Positions 28,640 to 32,000 of a DNA stretch of 32,000 nt are shown piece by piece. The stretch is from the NCBI RefSeq assembly GCF_014280195.1, contig NZ_CP047960.1:1350001-1382000 (forward strand). The letters run 5' to 3'. This stretch comes from Synechococcus sp. A15-24. GTDB taxonomy: Bacteria > Cyanobacteriota > Cyanobacteriia > PCC-6307 > Cyanobiaceae. Under the pieces are notes generated by a model that saw nothing but the letters and a program-made list of their open reading frames with translations, was not told the DNA's origin and made no database searches. Both the position numbers and the translations under genes were made by a program. How positions within the stretch are numbered: position 1 is the first letter of the stretch; every line of letters begins with the position of its first letter.

Positions 28640-28960
28640 TCACTGAATGGCAGGTTTCAGTTGACCGGCAACGCTGTCCTGCCCCTGATTTCGATCAAAA
28701 CCGACCAGATGCTGGTCTGTCAGGGCGACCGCAGGCCTGGTTTTCTCTCCTTCTCCATTAACAGTCGAGGTGACCACCCCCTGGTGAGGGGTGAAGAGGT
28801 GTCGCCCCTCAGCATCCATGGCTTTCAAAGCAGCCTGAAGGACTCGTACTTCGTGCTTCAGCCAGGTTGTGAAATCCAGGTGACCATGGTCTGCAAACAG
28901 CGGTTGCAACGGCTGGCGATCGCCACCAACGAACAGCGGTCCTAATGCAAGCCACAGCAA
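28640..28960 (-). CDS. hypothetical protein (weak, TTG start only)
   Basis: 106-aa ORF. There is no ATG or GTG start upstream, and an in-frame stop lies 11 codons upstream. May be degenerate. Confidence 0.3.
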   Translation of the reverse strand: MLWLALGPLFVGGDRQPLQPLFADHGHLDFTTWLKHEVRVLQAALKAMDAEGRHLFTPHQGVVTSTVNGEGEKTRPAVALTDQHLVGFDRNQGQDSVAGQLKPAIQ

Positions 28961-29216
28961 CCAAGGGAGATTCCCGCCACGACTGAGTTCTCAAGTGTGT
29001 TCTCAGCCTTATAGAGCGTTGCAAAGCAGTTGGACTCGACAGATGACTATCTAACTAACCAAATTGAGAATGTTGTCACTAGTCAGTTGAATAGCAATTC
29101 GGTGAAGCCTCCTGTTGATACAGCGTTTGAGGCCCTCTACACTGTGGGTTGGGATCAGAGTACCTATCCATTGTCAGGGTGGATTTGAATAGACTCAGCG
29201 CATTAAATGTCTTAGC

Positions 29217-29243
29217 CTCGTCAGCAATGGCGGGTTTTTTATT
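29217..29243 (+). terminator. intrinsic terminator inside repeat copy A
   Basis: Stem CTCGTC/GGCGGG (two G:U pairs), loop AGCAAT, then TTTTTTATT. Confidence 0.55.
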
Positions 29244-29315
29244 GCCTCCTGCGCTTAGCAGGACTGCCTCTGCTTGACTGCCCTGACGGCGTGCTGGGAA
29301 GGTTTTGGCGGTGGG
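29217..29315 (+). repeat. island repeat copy A (full: terminator module plus 3' module)
   Basis: cgtcagcaatggcgggttttttattgcctcctgcgcttagcaggactgcctctgcttgactgccctgacggcgtgctgggaaggttttggcggtgg. It has 3 mismatches to copy D over about 96 nt (counted by eye). Confidence 0.9.
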
Positions 29316-29703
29316 TTAGTCGTTAGGTCTGCAGCGGGGAACAATTCAGGCAGTCACGTCTGACCCATGTTTCAAGACACCCGCATCGCTTTGTTCCTAC
29401 TGGCAGAACTGGTTGCAGCACTGCAAGCCAATGACCCTGACAAGTTCAAGCGGTGGCTGTATGGCGGCATTCAAACCTAGGAAAGCCTGCAGTGGAAGAG
29501 TTGCTGCTGGATTGGATTGACCTGTTCATCACACGAGTCGAGAGGGACAGGATGGTGGCTTGGCACCTGGGAGTGAGCCTTTGAATTTTCTTGGGAGACC
29601 AGCGCAGTTCTTTTTGGCAGTCAGGTTCAATGTTTAATTGCAGACAACTTGCTGTTCTCAAATTCGGCTATGGCTACCTTGATAACAGTTTTTCCACAGA
29701 CCT

Positions 29704-30021
29704 TTGCAGCACTACCTCATCGTTTGGAAGTTCCCTACCGTTGAAGGATCCTGGGAGTCATGCCCAGGTTTTGCCGGTTACATCAATGCAGGAGCACCTG
29801 GCGACAACTTCGATGGATTTGAATTAAAGTACCGAGTTTGCGAACCAGTCAGCGGCAGCGGTGTGGCAATCGCTGAAGCAAGCGATATCGGTAAAGTGTG
29901 GGCTCATCTTGGCCCTTGGATTAAGGGCTACGGAATAGAGTTTGACGTAAAAGCTGTCGTTTCTGATTCTCAGTTTGCTGCCATGTGGCCTGGCGTAGAA
30001 GCCGCTGCGGCTGTGGAATAA
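29704..30021 (+). CDS. DUF3303-like small protein
   Basis: 105 aa. TTG is the only available start, because a stop lies 7 codons upstream. The overall pattern (MQHYLIVWKFP..; ..WAHLGPWIKGYGIEFDVKAVV) resembles DUF3303. The family call is tentative. Confidence 0.5.
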   Translation: MQHYLIVWKFPTVEGSWESCPGFAGYINAGAPGDNFDGFELKYRVCEPVSGSGVAIAEASDIGKVWAHLGPWIKGYGIEFDVKAVVSDSQFAAMWPGVEAAAAVE

Positions 30022-30062
30022 AGAGCCTCAGTCTCCAGTCCATCTCCCGACAGAACACTCAC

Positions 30063-30089
30063 CCCGTCAGCAATGGCGGGTTTTTTATT
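30063..30089 (+). terminator. intrinsic terminator inside repeat copy B
   Basis: Stem CCCGTC/GGCGGG (one G:U pair), loop AGCAAT, then TTTTTTATT. It begins 42 nt after the DUF3303-like stop. Confidence 0.65.
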
Positions 30090-30160
30090 GCCTCCTGCGC
30101 CTAGCCGGCCTGCCTCTGTGTGACTGCCCTGATGGCGTGCTGGGAAAGCTTTGGCGGTGG
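30063..30160 (+). repeat. island repeat copy B (full, most diverged)
   Basis: Same architecture as copies A and D, with about 9 mismatches to D over about 96 nt (counted by eye). Lies between the convergent DUF3303-like and DUF1330 genes. Confidence 0.9.
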
Positions 30161-30171
30161 CTTCGGGGTAA

Positions 30172-30474
30172 TCAGTGACCAGCGTGATCGCCTTCTTCAA
30201 TGATTGACAGTGAGACTTTGGAGTGAGGCTGACGGAACTTCCGCATCTCTTGGTATTCAGGGGCGTCGTAAGCGGCCTTGGCTGAAGCTAGAGAGTCAAA
30301 CTCGATGATCACGGTCAAGTGACCTGCGTCACCTTCACGAACATCGGTTTTGAGATCTCTGCAAAGAAAGCGAGCGTTGAACTTCGCCAGGTAAGGCTCA
30401 ACAGCTTGGAGGTAAGGACCCATCCCTTCTGGGTTAGTTACAGCGCCTGAGATATTCCAGTAACCCTTAGCCAT
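30172..30474 (-). CDS. DUF1330 domain protein
   Basis: MAKGYWNISGAVTNPEGMGPYLQAVEPYLAKFNARFL...VIIEFDSLASAKAAYDAPEYQEM is a close match to the DUF1330 pattern. Confidence 0.85.
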   Translation of the reverse strand: MAKGYWNISGAVTNPEGMGPYLQAVEPYLAKFNARFLCRDLKTDVREGDAGHLTVIIEFDSLASAKAAYDAPEYQEMRKFRQPHSKVSLSIIEEGDHAGH

Positions 30475-30538
30475 TGCTCGATAGAAAGAGTATGTTTAGT
30501 ACCTCATGGTTTTCCAGCCAAACATGTGTCGATGATGA

Positions 30539-30595
30539 CTGCGTGACTGCCCTGACGGCGTGCTGGGAAGGTTCTGGCGGTGGTTGCGTGACTGA
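30539..30595 (+). repeat. island repeat copy C (partial: 3' module only)
   Basis: ctgcgtgactgccctgacggcgtgctgggaaggttctggcggtggttgcgtgactga is identical (57/57) to 31526-31582 of copy D. The terminator module is absent. Confidence 0.9.
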
Positions 30596-30719
30596 CTCAC
30601 CCAGTTAGGGGAGAAGGGCGGCCGAATAAATCCCTCAGTTAGGGGGGCGCTTTCCAGATGAAACGGCGATGGTAAGTTTTGAAGAGGCATGAGCCTCACA
30701 ATTCAATTGTCTACTATTT

Positions 30720-31445
30720 ATGTCTAATACAATTACGTTGGACTACAGGAAATTTAAGAATCCAGTGAGGATGGATCCGTCTGCACCGCCTAATTATTTT
30801 GAATTAGATAATTCTTCATTCACAGCAACTAAGCGCTCTTTCGGTGGAAATGGTACTGCGTAGATAGACGGAAACAAATTTGATGTGCGCATTTCTGTTA
30901 GAGGTAATTTCGACCTAGACTCGGAGGATGCATTTGCTAGGTCTAAGTTCAATTCTATTATTTATTCATTCAAACGGGAAGGAGCCATTACGATAAGTGG
31001 ATTTAATTCTCGTGTTGAAGATACAGATTCTGCACTTGATTCATTGTTTGAGGCAGATAACAAGATCTACGGATCAGAGTTTAATGACAAACTGCTCGGT
31101 GACGATGGCGATGACATGATTTACGGAGGTCGAGGAGATGACAAAATTAAAGGCGGTGCAGGAGATGACCTGATTCATGGTGGGAATTGGACGAAAAGGG
31201 TTAACAAGGTTTGGGGTAACTCAGGTCGTGATACGTTTGTAATTGATGATGGCGCTTGGGGAACAGTTATCAAAGACTTTGATATCACCGAGGACAGAAT
31301 AGGTTTGTCACGCATGAACGATTGGGGTAATAAGTATTCATGGGAAATACGTGGAAAAAATACTTACATCGACGACGGCGAATATTGGCAAGCAAAAATA
31401 AAAGGACGTCATGACTTAAGTCTTGCGAATACTGTTGAGATTTAG
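30720..31445 (+). pseudogene. RTX-like gene interrupted by a single in-frame TAG at 30861-30863
   Basis: ATG at 30720 opens 47 sense codons (MSNTITLDYRKFKNPVRMDPSAPPNYFELDNSSFTATKRSFGGNGTA), then TAG, and the same frame continues IDGNKFDVRISVRGNF.. to 31445. I checked this codon by codon. Confidence 0.45.
30885..31445 (+). CDS. RTX-type calcium-binding repeat protein (downstream segment of an interrupted frame)
   Basis: Tandem nonapeptide repeats LLGDDGDDMIYGGRGDDKIKGGAGDDLIHGG (GGxGxD type). The GTG at 30885 is in frame with an upstream 47-codon ORF. Confidence 0.6.
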   Translation: MRISVRGNFDLDSEDAFARSKFNSIIYSFKREGAITISGFNSRVEDTDSALDSLFEADNKIYGSEFNDKLLGDDGDDMIYGGRGDDKIKGGAGDDLIHGGNWTKRVNKVWGNSGRDTFVIDDGAWGTVIKDFDITEDRIGLSRMNDWGNKYSWEIRGKNTYIDDGEYWQAKIKGRHDLSLANTVEI

Positions 31446-31472
31446 ACGCTTCGCCCTTTCTTGGCATCTTCT

Positions 31473-31499
31473 CCCGTCAGCAATGGCGGGTTTTTTATT
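31473..31499 (+). terminator. intrinsic terminator inside repeat copy D
   Basis: Stem CCCGTC/GGCGGG, loop AGCAAT, then TTTTTTATT. It begins 28 nt after the RTX-like stop. Confidence 0.65.
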
Positions 31500-31582
31500 G
31501 CCTCTTGCGCTTAGCAGGACTGCCTCTGCGTGACTGCCCTGACGGCGTGCTGGGAAGGTTCTGGCGGTGGTTGCGTGACTGA
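31473..31582 (+). repeat. island repeat copy D (full, longest)
   Basis: Full terminator module plus a 3' module extended by ttgcgtgactga. Lies between the convergent RTX-like gene and the minus-strand gene ending at 31599. Confidence 0.9.
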
Positions 31583-31598
31583 AATGGCTCAAGCGTGG

Positions 31599-32000
31599 TT
31601 AGCTCGCTGGTTGTTGAGAATCGGGTTTAAGCCTTGCCCTTTGCTTCTCCAGCAACTGCTTGGCCTTGTCGTAGCGATGTTGAAAGTTGCTCTTGATTGC
31701 CGAGAGCTGTCTAGTCCGCATCTGCGCCGTGTCTCCGTCCTCTCTCTTGGCTTCATAAACCCGATCGCATAGCTGCCAATACAGCTCGATGATTCCGATC
31801 TCTCGGGCGTAATCCTTTTGCTTGCGCAGGATGATCGCCACCCGCTTGAAGTAAGCAGGAGCAGGGAACCAAATGTTGATCTGAGACGACTCCATCTCGG
31901 CCTTGCAACAGGCCAGCATCAAATCAAGATCGTGCTTGTTTTCCGGAGCGTCTTTGAGAACTTCCCAAGTCTGCTTCCCACCGACAAGCGTCTGAGGAAA
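31599..32000 (-). CDS. hypothetical protein, 5' end beyond window
   Basis: The track ORF starts at a TTG at 31922, but the same frame stays open with no stop up to base 32000 (..GGKQTWEVLKDAPENKHDLDLMLACCKAEM..). The gene therefore probably continues past the window. Helical repeat-like segment APAYFKRVAIILRKQKDYAREIGIIELYW. Confidence 0.55.
   Translation of the reverse strand, partial: FPQTLVGGKQTWEVLKDAPENKHDLDLMLACCKAEMESSQINIWFPAPAYFKRVAIILRKQKDYAREIGIIELYWQLCDRVYEAKREDGDTAQMRTRQLSAIKSNFQHRYDKAKQLLEKQRARLKPDSQQPAS

Noticed and set aside
8973-28924. HIP1 (GCGATCGC) palindromes as a repeat family.
   Set aside because: I saw only two occurrences, at about 8973 and about 28917, so there is no enrichment worth reporting.
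28522-29040. Possible att-type repeats of the tRNA-Ala 3' half (tggagcc at about 28522, gactcgac at about 29033).
   Set aside because: These are only 7-8-nt matches, which is consistent with chance. No extended identity to the tRNA 3' segment was seen at either island border.
29030-29188. A 52-codon TTG-initiated frame (..VKPPVDTAFEALYTVGWDQSTYPLSGWI) ending 29 nt before repeat copy A.
   Set aside because: It is attractive because a terminator follows it. However, there is no ATG or GTG at the 5' end, it is very short and it has no motif. I mention it only as the possible first cassette gene and have not annotated it.
29690-29698. An exact TTTTCCACA DnaA-box-like 9-mer upstream of the DUF3303-like gene.
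   Set aside because: It is a single isolated occurrence in an AT-rich island with no cluster, and it is far from dnaA. This is consistent with chance.
29217-31582. The island repeats interpreted as a CRISPR array.
   Set aside because: The repeat units are about 100 nt, the spacers between them are 0.4-1.3 kb and contain genes, and no cas genes are present.
29217-31582. The island repeats interpreted as canonical integron attC sites.
   Set aside because: No intI or attI is in the window. The repeats are not imperfect palindromes with RYYYAAC/GTTRRRY cores (only copy A is followed by a GTTAGGT, at 29322-29328). The gene orientations are also mixed. The cassette-like layout is kept as a finding, but not the integron label.
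29217-31582. The repeat interpreted as a MITE.
   Set aside because: I could not identify convincing terminal inverted repeats or target-site duplications, and all copies have the same orientation. I cannot fully exclude it without a genome-wide survey.
29274-31772. The short conserved ORF in the repeat (..ACWEGSGGG..) interpreted as a double-glycine RiPP or prochlorosin-type precursor.
   Set aside because: An in-frame stop lies only 6 codons upstream of the GTG (checked in copy D), so there is no room for a leader peptide. Conservation ends exactly at the repeat boundary, and the non-ORF part of the repeat is equally conserved. No lanthipeptide synthetase or transporter is nearby.

Overview
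GC-rich picocyanobacterial chromosome segment. It looks like marine Synechococcus or Cyanobium, which I infer from gene content (ctaDE, PAP/fibrillin, DUF1651-like, FtsH, short-form HisG), not from any search. About 27 kb is tightly packed core housekeeping: ctaD (5' end cut by the window edge), ctaE, a GMC oxidoreductase, gor, a GST-like protein, a ParB/Srx-like protein, dnaA, an HtrA protease, two paired glycosyltransferases, a GNAT/ABC-exporter/hisG operon, gloB, an orphan ABC ATPase, ridA, tRNA-Ala(GGC), lexA, argF, ftsH, an SRAP peptidase, a K+ channel and ribD. Many gene junctions overlap by 1-4 nt or have no gap at all. Two patches are visibly lower in GC by eye (not computed): about 17.9-20.5 kb, next to the 3' end of tRNA-Ala, and about 28.96-32.0 kb. 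The second patch holds the most unusual structure in the window. A bipartite direct repeat of about 100 nt (intrinsic-terminator hairpin plus a conserved 3' module of about 70 nt) occurs 3.5 times in one orientation. It sits at every junction between five small, unrelated gene modules (small ORF, DUF3303-like, DUF1330, an RTX-like frame broken by an in-frame TAG, and a partial minus-strand gene), giving a cassette-array-like layout. No integrase, transposase, CRISPR array or rRNA is visible in the window. All family names come from recognising motifs by eye and need confirmation by HMM or BLAST searches.
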